56,512 nucleotides of DNA, from positions 1-56,512 of the forward strand of contig CAIYHO010000279.1 in assembly GCA_903925955.1 (NCBI GenBank). Reading direction: 5' to 3'. This DNA comes from an uncultured Chloroflexota bacterium (GTDB lineage Bacteria > Chloroflexota > Limnocylindria > Limnocylindrales > CSP1-4). This document shows positions 16,088-24,955 of this stretch, piece by piece. Under the pieces are notes generated by a model, which was not told the origin of the DNA, did no database searches, and worked only from the letters and a program-made list of their open reading frames with translations. The position numbers were made by a program, and so were the translations under genes. Position 1 is the stretch's first letter; each line of letters opens with the position of its first letter.

Positions 16088-17008
16088 ATGACCCCGCGGA
16101 TTGGCTACATCGGTCTTGGCAGCCTTGGCCGCCACCTGGCATCCAGCCTGCTGCAGGCGGGGTTTCCGCTGACGGTCTACGACATCAACAAGAGCGCGGC
16201 TTCCGAGCTCATCGCGGCCGGCGCCGTCTGGGCTGACTCCGCCGCCGATGTGGCGCGCGCGTCCGACACGGTGATCACCTGCCTGCCGTCGCCCGAGATC
16301 GTCACCAAGACCGTGGAGGGGCCGGGCGGCATCCTCGAGGGGCTCGCCGCGGGCGGCACCTGGATTGACATGAGCACCAACGATCTGCACGAGCTCAAGC
16401 GTCTTGCGGCGCTTGCGGCGGCGCAGGGCGTGGCCACGCTCGAGGCGCCCGTGACCGGCGGCGTCCACCGCGCGGCCGCGGGGATGATCTGCGTGATGGT
16501 TGGTGGCGACAAGGCGGTGTTCGAGCGCCACATGCCGGCCTTTGAGGCGATGGGAGGCAAGGTCTTCTACATCGGCGAACTGGGCCAGGCATCGGTGATC
16601 AAGGTGATCACCAACATGCTCGCCTTCATCCACCTGGTTGCCGATGGTGAGGCCCTCATGCTGGCGAAGGCGGGCGGCGTTGATCTTGGGCTTGCGTGGG
16701 ACGTGATCAAGGCCAGCTCCGGCAACAGCTTCGTCCACGAGACGGAGGGCCAACTCATCCTCAACGGCAGCTACCAGATCAACTTCACGATGGATCTCGC
16801 GCGCAAGGACCTCCACTTCGCGCACCAGATGGGCCGCGAGTTTGGCGTGCCGCTGGAGCTCGCCAGCATGACGGAGCAGATCTTTGCCCGCGGCCGCGCA
16901 ACGTACGGCGGCGGCGCCCAGTCCACGATGATCGTCAAGCTGCTTGAAGACGCGGTGGGCACCGATCTGCGGGCACCCGGGTTCCCGGAGGAACTCGCGC
17001 CCGAGTGA
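16088..17008 (+). CDS. NAD(P)-dependent 3-hydroxyisobutyrate/6-phosphogluconate dehydrogenase-like oxidoreductase
   Basis: IGYIGLGSLGRHLA Rossmann motif and a HIBADH-like body. Start set at ATG 16088; the track ORF starts at 15929. Confidence 0.75.
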   Translation: MTPRIGYIGLGSLGRHLASSLLQAGFPLTVYDINKSAASELIAAGAVWADSAADVARASDTVITCLPSPEIVTKTVEGPGGILEGLAAGGTWIDMSTNDLHELKRLAALAAAQGVATLEAPVTGGVHRAAAGMICVMVGGDKAVFERHMPAFEAMGGKVFYIGELGQASVIKVITNMLAFIHLVADGEALMLAKAGGVDLGLAWDVIKASSGNSFVHETEGQLILNGSYQINFTMDLARKDLHFAHQMGREFGVPLELASMTEQIFARGRATYGGGAQSTMIVKLLEDAVGTDLRAPGFPEELAPE

Positions 17009-17035
17009 CCGGCGGCGGGCGCTGAGAGCGCCGGG

Positions 17036-18364
17036 TTGGAGGGGAGGGCTTCCATGTCCATTCGCAAGCTCAACGCCCGCGAATACCTGGTCAACCTGGT
17101 GGCCGTCACCGCGCTGATGCCCGTATACGGGCGGCGGGAACACGCCGCCCGGCCCGCGCTTGACGCCTTTGCGTTGCGGCGCGCCCGCGACATGGCGGTG
17201 TTGGCGGGGACGCGCGTTCCCGTATACCGCGAGCGCTATGCGGCGGCCGGCGTGGACCCGCGCGCCATCGCGAGCTGGGAGGACTTCCGGCGCCTGCCCC
17301 TGATGGACAAGGCGACCATCCGCGAGGGCTGGCCGGCCCGATCCGTCGCGGAGGGCTCCAACCTCGACAACTGCATCCTCAGCACGTCGTCCGGCTCGTC
17401 CGGCATGGTCATGACGATCCCGCACCTCGGCGACCGGATGTGGCCGTACCTGATCTCCGGCCAGCGGATGCTGCGCTGGGCCACCGGCGACAGGTACCCG
17501 TTCTGGTATCGGCAGGCCTACGTCTACACATCCGAGTACCCGTTGCTGCGCGTGCCCGGGTTCTACCCAATGACGTTCATCCCCACCGCGGCAGACCCGG
17601 AGCGGCTGCTGGACCAGCTTGAGCAACTGAAGCCGCACCTGCTCCACACCTACCCCACGGTGCTGCGGGACCTCATCGCGCTGGCGCCGGAACGCATGGC
17701 GGCGCTTCGGCTGCGCGGCTGCTCGGTGGGCTCCGAGCTCTCCACGCAGGCTGAGCGGGATTCGTGGGCTGCCGTGCTTGGCATTCGCGTCTGCGACGAG
17801 TACAGCTCCGAGGAGCTTGGCCGCATCGCCTCGCAGTGCCCGGAGGGCCGCTACCACCTTCACGAGGATGTGGTCTTCACTGAAACCGTGGACGACGACG
17901 GCCAGCCGACCACCGGCGTGGGCGAGGTGGTGGGCACCGAGTTCCACAATCGAACGATGCCGTTTGTGCGGTACCGCCAGGGCGACCTTGCGCGGATCAT
18001 CAACGAGGGCTGTCCCTGCGGGCGTCACACACGGCTGCTGGTGGACCTGGTGGGCCGGCGCAACGACGGGTTCCTGCTGCGCGATGGCCGTCGGCTGCCG
18101 GCGGGCTTCTTGCTGGATGTCGCGTACCGGGCGATCCTAGGCGATCCGGACCTCGTCACCGCCTATCGCTTTGTCCAGCGTGACCCGGACACGGCGGTGT
18201 TTGAGGTGGTGCCGGGGACGTCATGGCGTGAGAGCTCGGCTTCGGCGGTTGTGGCGTCGCTGACGGCTGAGTTGCCCTCGTCGCTCACGGTGTCGGTTGC
18301 CGAGGTGGCCGAGATCCCGCGCAGCGCAGGCGGCAAGCGCCAAACCGTCGTGCGGGCCTTCTGA
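17036..18364 (+). CDS. adenylate-forming enzyme, coenzyme F390 synthetase/phenylacetate-CoA ligase-like
   Basis: STSSGSSGMVMTIPH (degenerate SSGTTG AMP-binding loop), RYRQGDLA, C-terminal GGKRQ. An alternative start lies at MSIRKL. Confidence 0.7.
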   Translation: MEGRASMSIRKLNAREYLVNLVAVTALMPVYGRREHAARPALDAFALRRARDMAVLAGTRVPVYRERYAAAGVDPRAIASWEDFRRLPLMDKATIREGWPARSVAEGSNLDNCILSTSSGSSGMVMTIPHLGDRMWPYLISGQRMLRWATGDRYPFWYRQAYVYTSEYPLLRVPGFYPMTFIPTAADPERLLDQLEQLKPHLLHTYPTVLRDLIALAPERMAALRLRGCSVGSELSTQAERDSWAAVLGIRVCDEYSSEELGRIASQCPEGRYHLHEDVVFTETVDDDGQPTTGVGEVVGTEFHNRTMPFVRYRQGDLARIINEGCPCGRHTRLLVDLVGRRNDGFLLRDGRRLPAGFLLDVAYRAILGDPDLVTAYRFVQRDPDTAVFEVVPGTSWRESSASAVVASLTAELPSSLTVSVAEVAEIPRSAGGKRQTVVRAF

Positions 18365-18381
18365 GCCCGGCCGGGCGCGAC

Positions 18382-19446
18382 GTGGCGATCACCTTCACCC
18401 GAGCCTGGGAAGACGACCGGCTTGATGCCGAGCTGCTGGCGGTTGCGCCCGGCTCGCGCGTGCTGGTGGTGGCCGCGGCCGGCGATGCTGCACTTGCGCT
18501 AGCGGCCGATGGCGCCGATGTGGTGGCGGTGGATCTCAACCCGGAACAGCTCCGGCTGACCGCGCTGAAGCTGGCCGCGGCCCGGGCGCTGGACCCGGAC
18601 ACGCTTCACCGCTGGTTTGAGGTGGGCCGCGATGCGTCCGCGCCTGCGGTCTACCGCGAGCGGGTCCGGGCGTTGCTGTCGGCCGAAGACGCGGCGTTCT
18701 GGGATGCGCACATCGGCATTGTGGCGCGCGGGCTCCACGGGCACGGCGGTGTCGGGCGCCCGTTCCTCTGGCTTGGGCGCGCGGTCCGCGTTGTGCGGCC
18801 GCGATTGGCGGGGGTCATCGAGCGCTCAGAGGATCCGGCCACGCAGGCGGCGTTCTGGCGGCGGCGCGTGCGGCCGGTGATCTTTGGGCGGCTCTCGCAC
18901 TGGGTGGCGGCCAGCACCAGCGTCCTCGCGCCCATGGCGCCGAACCCGGACGAACTGGAGCGCATGCGTCGCGGCGGCTGGTCGCACGGGCTAGAGGCAA
19001 GGGTTGATGCCGTAGTGGCCTCCACCCTTGTGCGGCGGCACCCGTGGTGGCGGCCGGCGTTCTCGGGGCGGCCGGCGGATCCGGGCGACGGCGCCGCCTG
19101 GCTGGACCCGGCCCGTGTGGCGGCGCTGGCAGCTGCGCCTTCACCGCGGCTGGAGCTGGTGCACGGCGACCTGGCGGCGGTGCTGCGCGCGCAGCCCCAG
19201 GCTTCGCTGGCGGCCATCTCCGTGTCCAACGTGCCGGACTGGCTGGACCGGGCTTCGACAGCCGCTCTGGCGGCGGCGGTCCGTGATGCCCTGGCGCCCG
19301 GCGGCCGCGTCCTGGTCCGCCGCGTGGTGGCCGATGTCACGGACGCGTTTGAGGCGGCGGGTCTCACCCGGGACCCGGTCTCGGACGGCCTCGCCTCACG
19401 CGACCGCACAGCGCTGTACGAGCGGGTGGACCTGTACCGGGCCTGA
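18382..19446 (+). CDS. DUF3419/BtaA-like (SAM:diacylglycerol 3-amino-3-carboxypropyl transferase family) protein
   Basis: WEDDRLDAELLAVAPGSRVLVVAAAGDAALALAADGADVVAVDLNPEQLRLTALKLAA matches the family N-terminal SAM-fold pattern by eye. Confidence 0.6.
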   Translation: MAITFTRAWEDDRLDAELLAVAPGSRVLVVAAAGDAALALAADGADVVAVDLNPEQLRLTALKLAAARALDPDTLHRWFEVGRDASAPAVYRERVRALLSAEDAAFWDAHIGIVARGLHGHGGVGRPFLWLGRAVRVVRPRLAGVIERSEDPATQAAFWRRRVRPVIFGRLSHWVAASTSVLAPMAPNPDELERMRRGGWSHGLEARVDAVVASTLVRRHPWWRPAFSGRPADPGDGAAWLDPARVAALAAAPSPRLELVHGDLAAVLRAQPQASLAAISVSNVPDWLDRASTAALAAAVRDALAPGGRVLVRRVVADVTDAFEAAGLTRDPVSDGLASRDRTALYERVDLYRA

Positions 19447-19454
19447 CGGCGGCG

Positions 19455-20045
19455 CTAGCTCCAATACACCGCGTACAGCGCGACGTACGCGACGGCGTAC
19501 ACCGCGAGCACCAGCCGATCGAAGCGGCGCAGGAACGCGGGCGCCGCCGAGCCCAGGATCGCCATCACCAGCACCACCGGGCCCACGCGGGCGATGCGGT
19601 TGAGGATGACGCCGGCAACCAGCGGCGTGGGCACGCCCGGACCCACGGCCCACGCCCAGGTGTAGACCTTGAGCGGGGTGCCCGGGCCAAGCTGCGCCAT
19701 CGACAGCGGGTCGCCTCCGGCCACGGCGGCAGCGGCGTCAGCCAGCATGGGCGGGTGGATCCCGGGCAGCGCGAGGAGCATTGCGTGGACGGCTTCGGGC
19801 GCCACGATGCTCGCCACCCAGAGGACGGCCGAGCCCGCCACCGCACCGGCGGTCATGGCCACGAACAGGCGCACCGCACGGCACGGCATGACCAGCGCCA
19901 GCAGCCCCACGATGACGTCCGGGATGATGGGCCACACGGTGGCCTCGGCGAACCCCCAGACGAACACCAGCACCAGCCCGAGGCGGCCATCCGCAAATGC
20001 CTCCAGGCGCCGGAACCGCTCGCGGGTGGCGGTGGCTGCTGTCAC
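19455..20045 (-). CDS. YqaA/DedA-like membrane protein
   Basis: FVWGFAEATVWPIIPDVIVGLLAL and several further helices. Start trimmed to GTG 20045, 4 nt after the upstream stop; the track ORF extends to 20279 in a shadow frame. Confidence 0.45.
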   Translation of the reverse strand: MTAATATRERFRRLEAFADGRLGLVLVFVWGFAEATVWPIIPDVIVGLLALVMPCRAVRLFVAMTAGAVAGSAVLWVASIVAPEAVHAMLLALPGIHPPMLADAAAAVAGGDPLSMAQLGPGTPLKVYTWAWAVGPGVPTPLVAGVILNRIARVGPVVLVMAILGSAAPAFLRRFDRLVLAVYAVAYVALYAVYWS

Positions 20046-20049
20046 AACA

Positions 20050-20406
20050 TCAGGCTCCCGAGACGCAGAACTCGTTGCCGGCCGGGTCAGCCATGACCGT
20101 CCAGCGCAGATCGCCAAGCGAGTGGTCCGCCAGCACCGTCGCGCCAAGCGCCAGCAAGCGGGCCACCTCGTCAGCGCGGACGTCCGCCCGGAAGTCCAGG
20201 TGCACGCGGTTCTTGCCCACCTTTGGCTCGGGCACCTTCTGGAACAGGATGGGCGGCTGGCCGGGCGTGGGTTCGCCATCGGGCGCCAGCGCCACGTATT
20301 GCTCGTTCACGGCGTGGCGCGTGTAGCCGAGGGCCGCGGCCCAGAAGTCCACGACGGCGCCATGGTCCGCGCAGTCCATCACCACCTCAGTGAACCGCAG
20401 GCTCAT
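20050..20406 (-). CDS. VOC (glyoxalase/bleomycin-resistance fold) family protein
   Basis: MSLRFTEVVMDCADHGAVVDFWAAALGY ... RVHLDF ... MADPAGNEFCV. Start trimmed to ATG 20406. Confidence 0.7.
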   Translation of the reverse strand: MSLRFTEVVMDCADHGAVVDFWAAALGYTRHAVNEQYVALAPDGEPTPGQPPILFQKVPEPKVGKNRVHLDFRADVRADEVARLLALGATVLADHSLGDLRWTVMADPAGNEFCVSGA

Positions 20407-20410
20407 CGCC

Positions 20411-21364
20411 TCACCCCTCCTCAAACCCGCCCAGATCCACGCGCTTGACGATGTACGGATCGCCAACCTGGGCGGCGCCGATGCCGCTGTCGAACATGAG
20501 CCTCGCGAGGTCAGCGCCGTCGAGCGCCACCACGCGGGGCTGGACGCCGCGAAGCCAGGCACGCGCCTCGGGGTCCACGGTGCCAGTGGTGAGGTAGACG
20601 CCGCGGCTGGCCTGCTGGTCCCGGGCGGTGGCCACGAGGTCCTCCGCTGCCGGCTGGCCGAGTGGCAGCTCCCACTGGCCAGCGCGAACGAGGACCAGAT
20701 CCAGACCGAGCTTGTCCGCGGCGATCAGGCCCTCGATACCGCCGTCGTCCGACGGGCCGATGGCGCGCGCAGCCTCGGCCCGCGTGCCGCCGTAGCCCAT
20801 GGCGACAAGCAGCGCGACGATCAGCCGCTCGAACACGGGGAGGGCGGCGGTCCGGAGGCGGTCCAGAAGCTGGGCCTCAACGGCGGTTCGGAGCGCGGCG
20901 TACGCGGTCTCGAGCGCCTCTTCCGGCGTGAGCGGGGCGGTCTCCGCGGCGGGCTCGGGCGCGGCCTCGGCCGTGGCGGGGATCGCCGGGACGGATGCGC
21001 CGCTGCTCTTCTTGCGCGTGCCGCTGGTGCGGATCGCCCGGAACTCCGGGTAGCGCATGAGCTCGTGGATGCCCAGACGGGTCGGCGCCTCGGCCAGCAG
21101 CGCGACGCCTCGGTTCGTGACCTTGAACCGGCCGCGACCCGTGGCTTCAAGCAGGCCCGCCGCGCGCAGATACGTGGAAGACCAGGCGACGCGGTTGTAA
21201 AACGTCCGGGCGAGCCCGCTGGGGTTGCGCTGGTCCAGCTCGGCCGCGGTCAGGCCGAGATCGGCCGCCAGCGTGTCGATCGCGCCCGCCAGCGCGTGCT
21301 CACTCCCGTCGGCGGTCAGCCGAAGGAGCGGCAGAAGCAGCGCCTGGAACTCGGGGATCGCCAT
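20411..21364 (-). CDS. Mrr-like restriction endonuclease homologue with divergent catalytic motif
   Basis: Mrr N-terminal winged-helix-like MAIPEFQALLLPLLRL... and C-terminal FERLIVALLVAMGYGG...DDGGIEGLIAADKLGLDLVLVRAGQW. VRAG occupies the position where canonical Mrr has QAK. Confidence 0.65.
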   Translation of the reverse strand: MAIPEFQALLLPLLRLTADGSEHALAGAIDTLAADLGLTAAELDQRNPSGLARTFYNRVAWSSTYLRAAGLLEATGRGRFKVTNRGVALLAEAPTRLGIHELMRYPEFRAIRTSGTRKKSSGASVPAIPATAEAAPEPAAETAPLTPEEALETAYAALRTAVEAQLLDRLRTAALPVFERLIVALLVAMGYGGTRAEAARAIGPSDDGGIEGLIAADKLGLDLVLVRAGQWELPLGQPAAEDLVATARDQQASRGVYLTTGTVDPEARAWLRGVQPRVVALDGADLARLMFDSGIGAAQVGDPYIVKRVDLGGFEEG

Positions 21365-21427
21365 GCGCGAAGCCTAGCCGGTGGCCGCCGTGCCGTCGAT
21401 ATCGATGCGGCTTGCGGATATCGGCGC

Positions 21428-21607
21428 GGCTCACCCCATGGGTCTTCGCGCGCAGACGAGATCTGGTTGGCTCATGCGGTGAGCGGGCCGTGCTGGACGG
21501 ACGCCTGGCGGCTGCCGCGTGCTCGGGATGACCCACGGGGTGAGCCAAATGAGCCTGCGTGCGCGCTATGACTCACGGGGTGAGCCAGGCGACGGCGGGG
21601 TGAGCCA
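21428..21607. repeat. cluster of five GGGGTGAGCC-type motifs
   Basis: Minus-strand CCCATGGGGTGAGCC (21428-42). Plus-strand CATGCGGTGAGCGG (21473-86), CACGGGGTGAGCCA (21534-47), CACGGGGTGAGCCA (21574-87) and GGCGGGGTGAGCCA (21594-607). Confidence 0.8.
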
Positions 21608-21637
21608 GCGCGACGGGACCTGGACCGGGACTGCGCG

Positions 21638-23908
21638 TTACCGCCAGGCGGTCCGCGCCGCGTCCGGGTACAGGCGCACGCGACGGTACGGCTCCCGGCC
21701 GCGCGAGCGCGACACTAGGTTTGCCCGCTCCGCCAGCTGGTGCTGCAGCCGCCGGATGTACGCGTTCTGCGGGGCCAACTCAATGGGCTCCTGCATCTTG
21801 AGCACCATGCCGATGGCCTGCTCCGCCTCAGCCATCGCCGCCTCGCGGGGGTCAATCTCCAGGGCAAACACGGACGTCAACGATGCCTGCATCTGCGCGA
21901 TGGTGTTGGCCTTGAGGACGTAGATGGGGATGCCGCGGTCCTCAACCTCGCGCAGACCGGGCGGCTTCTGGCGGTACTCCGAGCGCAGCGTCATGGCCAC
22001 GTCGGCGTCGTCCGGGTTGCGGGCGATGATCACCGGCAGTTGGAGCTCCTTGATGGCCTGCTCCAGACGCCGGCGGCTGATCCCGTGGGGGAAGACGCGC
22101 AGCGTGGGCAGCAGACCGCCCTCCGCCAGGATCCCGTCGCCCAAGGGCAGGGTGCGGTCGTCGTCATCGTCGCGGTCGCGGTCATCGTCGTCCTCGGAGT
22201 CGGCCCCGTCATCGCGGGCCCCGTCGTCACGGGCCCCGCCCGCAGCGGCCCCGTCGCCACGGGCCCCGCCCGCAGCGGCCCCGTCGTACCGAGCGTCGCC
22301 CGGCACCATCCGCGCAATCCGCTCCTCTTCGGGCGCCGCAAACTGGGCCGCCTCAAGCGCGGCTGCGTTGACGGGACGTGTCCCCTCATCCTCGTGGAGC
22401 GTGTTGAGCGCGCGGGCCGCCTCGGCACGCCAGGCGCGCTGGCGGTCAAGCTCGCGGGCGTCGCGGGCGCGGACGTCGATGGCCGGACCCGACGTGCCGT
22501 CGGCGCGCTCCAGGGGACCGCGATCCGCAAACTGGCCGCTGACAAAGGGCGCCGTGGGCGACGCGGCAAACCGCTCCCCCGGCATGGCGTTCAGAGAACC
22601 CTGTCGGTCCCCCTCCGGGTTGCGCGAGCCGCGCTCGCCGGGGACGCCGGGCATCCCGCGGTTGGACCGCCAGCCGCCGGACTGACCGGGTCGATAACCG
22701 GGCCGGGCGGACGACCGCTCGTCGGGAGCCGGGAGGCCGGGCCGATAGGAGGAGGCGCCGCGCCAGCCTGGATCGCGACCCCACGCGCCGGCACCGGATC
22801 CGGTGAGCCCGCTAAACCGGTCGCCGCCGCCCCCGGAGGCATCACGCGGTGACGGCTTGGGCCGCGACTGGGAGCGGTGCACGCCCTCCTCGTCGCGCCA
22901 GCGCAACTCGGCCGCCACCGGATCGCCCAGCAGCATCGCGTCCACCGTGGCAGACACGTCGGCGTGGACAATGACCTTCTCGCGGTCCTGGATCTCCACA
23001 ATCACGTCAAACGTGGGCGGCTGCTTGCGCTCCAGAACGCTCTTCTGGGAGCGGCGCCTTCGGGCCTCGTCGTCGCCCAGCGTGACGCTCTGGATCCCGC
23101 CAATCAGGTCGGACAGCGTGGGGTTGAGCATCAGGTTGTCGAGGTTGTTGCCGTGCGCGGTGCCAATCAGCTGGACGCCGCGCTCCGCGATGGTCCGGGC
23201 GGCCTGCGCCTCAAGCTCGGTGCCAATCTCGTCAATGACGATGACCTGCGGCATGTGGTTCTCGACTGCCTCAATCATCACCTGGTGCTGCATGCTCGGC
23301 GTCTTGACCTGCATGCGGCGGGCCTTGCCGATGGCCGGGTGGGGGATGTCGCCATCGCCCGCGATCTCATTGGAGGTGTCCACCACGACGACGCGCTTGC
23401 CCTGCACGTCGGCCAGCACGCGGGCGGCTTCGCGCAGCATGGTGGTCTTGCCGATGCCGGGCCGACCCATGATCAGGATGGACTTCCCGCTCTCGATGAA
23501 GTCCTCAATGATCTCGATGGTCCCGTACACGGCGCGCCCGATGCGGCAGGTCAGACCCACAACCTTGCCGGTCCGGTTGCGGATGGCGCTGATGCGGTGG
23601 AGCGTGCGCTCGATGCCGGCGCGGTTGTCGTCGCCAAAGATGCCGATATGGTCCACGACATATGCAATGTCGGCGTCGGTGATCTCGCGCTCCAGCAGCA
23701 TCACTTCGCTGGCGGGGTAGCGCGCCTCCGGGCGACGGCCAAGATCCAGGATCACCTCGATCAGGGACTCGCGATCTGCCAGCGCGTCGATAGCCGCAAC
23801 GATCTCCGGCGGCAGAGCCGCCATGAGCACGCGCAGATCATCTGGGGCGGACCGCTGCGGCTGGGATCCCACGCTTGCCGTTCCTCCGCTCGTGTATTCC
23901 GTGATCAC
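21638..23908 (-). CDS. AAA ATPase (SpoIIIAA/Ycf45-like) with C-terminal R3H domain and a long disordered insert
   Basis: Walker A MGRPGIGKTT, VVVVDTSNEIAGDG, Walker B VIVIDEIG. C-terminal LAPQNAYIRRLQHQLAERANLVSRSRGREPYRRVRLY (R-x3-H). Confidence 0.8.
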   Translation of the reverse strand: MITEYTSGGTASVGSQPQRSAPDDLRVLMAALPPEIVAAIDALADRESLIEVILDLGRRPEARYPASEVMLLEREITDADIAYVVDHIGIFGDDNRAGIERTLHRISAIRNRTGKVVGLTCRIGRAVYGTIEIIEDFIESGKSILIMGRPGIGKTTMLREAARVLADVQGKRVVVVDTSNEIAGDGDIPHPAIGKARRMQVKTPSMQHQVMIEAVENHMPQVIVIDEIGTELEAQAARTIAERGVQLIGTAHGNNLDNLMLNPTLSDLIGGIQSVTLGDDEARRRRSQKSVLERKQPPTFDVIVEIQDREKVIVHADVSATVDAMLLGDPVAAELRWRDEEGVHRSQSRPKPSPRDASGGGGDRFSGLTGSGAGAWGRDPGWRGASSYRPGLPAPDERSSARPGYRPGQSGGWRSNRGMPGVPGERGSRNPEGDRQGSLNAMPGERFAASPTAPFVSGQFADRGPLERADGTSGPAIDVRARDARELDRQRAWRAEAARALNTLHEDEGTRPVNAAALEAAQFAAPEEERIARMVPGDARYDGAAAGGARGDGAAAGGARDDGARDDGADSEDDDDRDRDDDDDRTLPLGDGILAEGGLLPTLRVFPHGISRRRLEQAIKELQLPVIIARNPDDADVAMTLRSEYRQKPPGLREVEDRGIPIYVLKANTIAQMQASLTSVFALEIDPREAAMAEAEQAIGMVLKMQEPIELAPQNAYIRRLQHQLAERANLVSRSRGREPYRRVRLYPDAARTAWR
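22228..22287. repeat. 30-nt in-frame tandem duplication inside the ATPase insert
   Basis: CACGGGCCCCGCCCGCAGCGGCCCCGTCG(C/T)C x2, encoding GDGAAAGGAR-type repeats. Confidence 0.85.
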
Positions 23909-24948
23909 CGCACCCCTGCCGGAACCAGGCGAGGCTCGGCAACGCGGACCATGGCTTCCTTGACCAAGAGCGTGACAGACGCGACGTCCGTGAAGCCCGC
24001 GTCCTGGAGCCGCCGGTCCAGCGGCGCCTCATAGGTGCGGACAGGGCTGATGATCCCATCCCTGCGGATTGAGTGTGGATCGGCCCGCTCGGCGATCACG
24101 CCAAGCGCGAAATCAAGCAGTGGCGCCACGTCAGCCTCAGGTCTGGCGATGACCTTGAGGTAGTGCGGCTGGTCAGCCTTGGCCACACCGATCTGCACAA
24201 AGGCGTCAAGCCGGGTGCCATCCTTGCCGCCGTCGCCGGCCAGAACGTAAGCGTAGACATCGGCAAAGCGCAGGATGGGCACCAGTGATGACCGCGGCAC
24301 GCGCCAGTCGCGGCCGTGCTGCTCCCAGTCCCCAATGCGAATGTGCTCAAGACGCTGGACCGGCGCAGGGGTGACGGTGGCGTAGAGACGCGAGAGCGCA
24401 ATGGCGTCCAGCGGGGTGGCCGGGCGAATACCGGCCTCGCGCGCCCTCGCCTCGGTCCACGGCGCGGGGATGGGCAGGTCCGCCGAACGGAAGAGGATGC
24501 ACTCGTCGCCGTAGCGCACGAACCCCGCCTGCATAAACAGCTCCACGTTGTCGTGGGCATCGGCGCAGGCCACGTGGAAGCGGTTGGCGCCGCGTCGGGC
24601 GCCGTCACGCAGCAGGTGCTGCACCAGCCGGAAGCGGACATCGCCCGCGTCCAGCCCGCCAACGGCGTCCAGCTCCACCACGGTCCACTCATCGCGCTGG
24701 CCGTCGCGCTCCACACGCAAGAGCCCCGCGACATGGCCATCACGCTCAAACACGTACAGCGCGTCGTGCGGCTGGAAGGCGCCAAGCGGCAGGGCGAACA
24801 GGCTGAACATGCCGATGGGCGGACCTGACACCGGGAGGCCCAGCGAGCGCGTGGCGTCGCGGTCCCCCTGCGCCAGACGTGACAGCTCGCCCAGCGCGGC
24901 AAGGTCCGTCAGGCGGGCCGCGCGAACCGAGCCTGTGCTGCGCGCCAT
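23905..24948 (-). CDS. GNAT-family N-acetyltransferase domain protein
   Basis: N-terminal half VRAARLTDLAALGELSRL...YVFERDGHVAGLLRVE...LLRDGARRGANRFHVACADAHDNVELFMQAGF is GNAT-like. The C-terminal half is unassigned. 4-nt overlap with the ATPase gene. Confidence 0.6.
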   Translation of the reverse strand: MARSTGSVRAARLTDLAALGELSRLAQGDRDATRSLGLPVSGPPIGMFSLFALPLGAFQPHDALYVFERDGHVAGLLRVERDGQRDEWTVVELDAVGGLDAGDVRFRLVQHLLRDGARRGANRFHVACADAHDNVELFMQAGFVRYGDECILFRSADLPIPAPWTEARAREAGIRPATPLDAIALSRLYATVTPAPVQRLEHIRIGDWEQHGRDWRVPRSSLVPILRFADVYAYVLAGDGGKDGTRLDAFVQIGVAKADQPHYLKVIARPEADVAPLLDFALGVIAERADPHSIRRDGIISPVRTYEAPLDRRLQDAGFTDVASVTLLVKEAMVRVAEPRLVPAGVR

Positions 24949-24955
24949 GGCTGCG

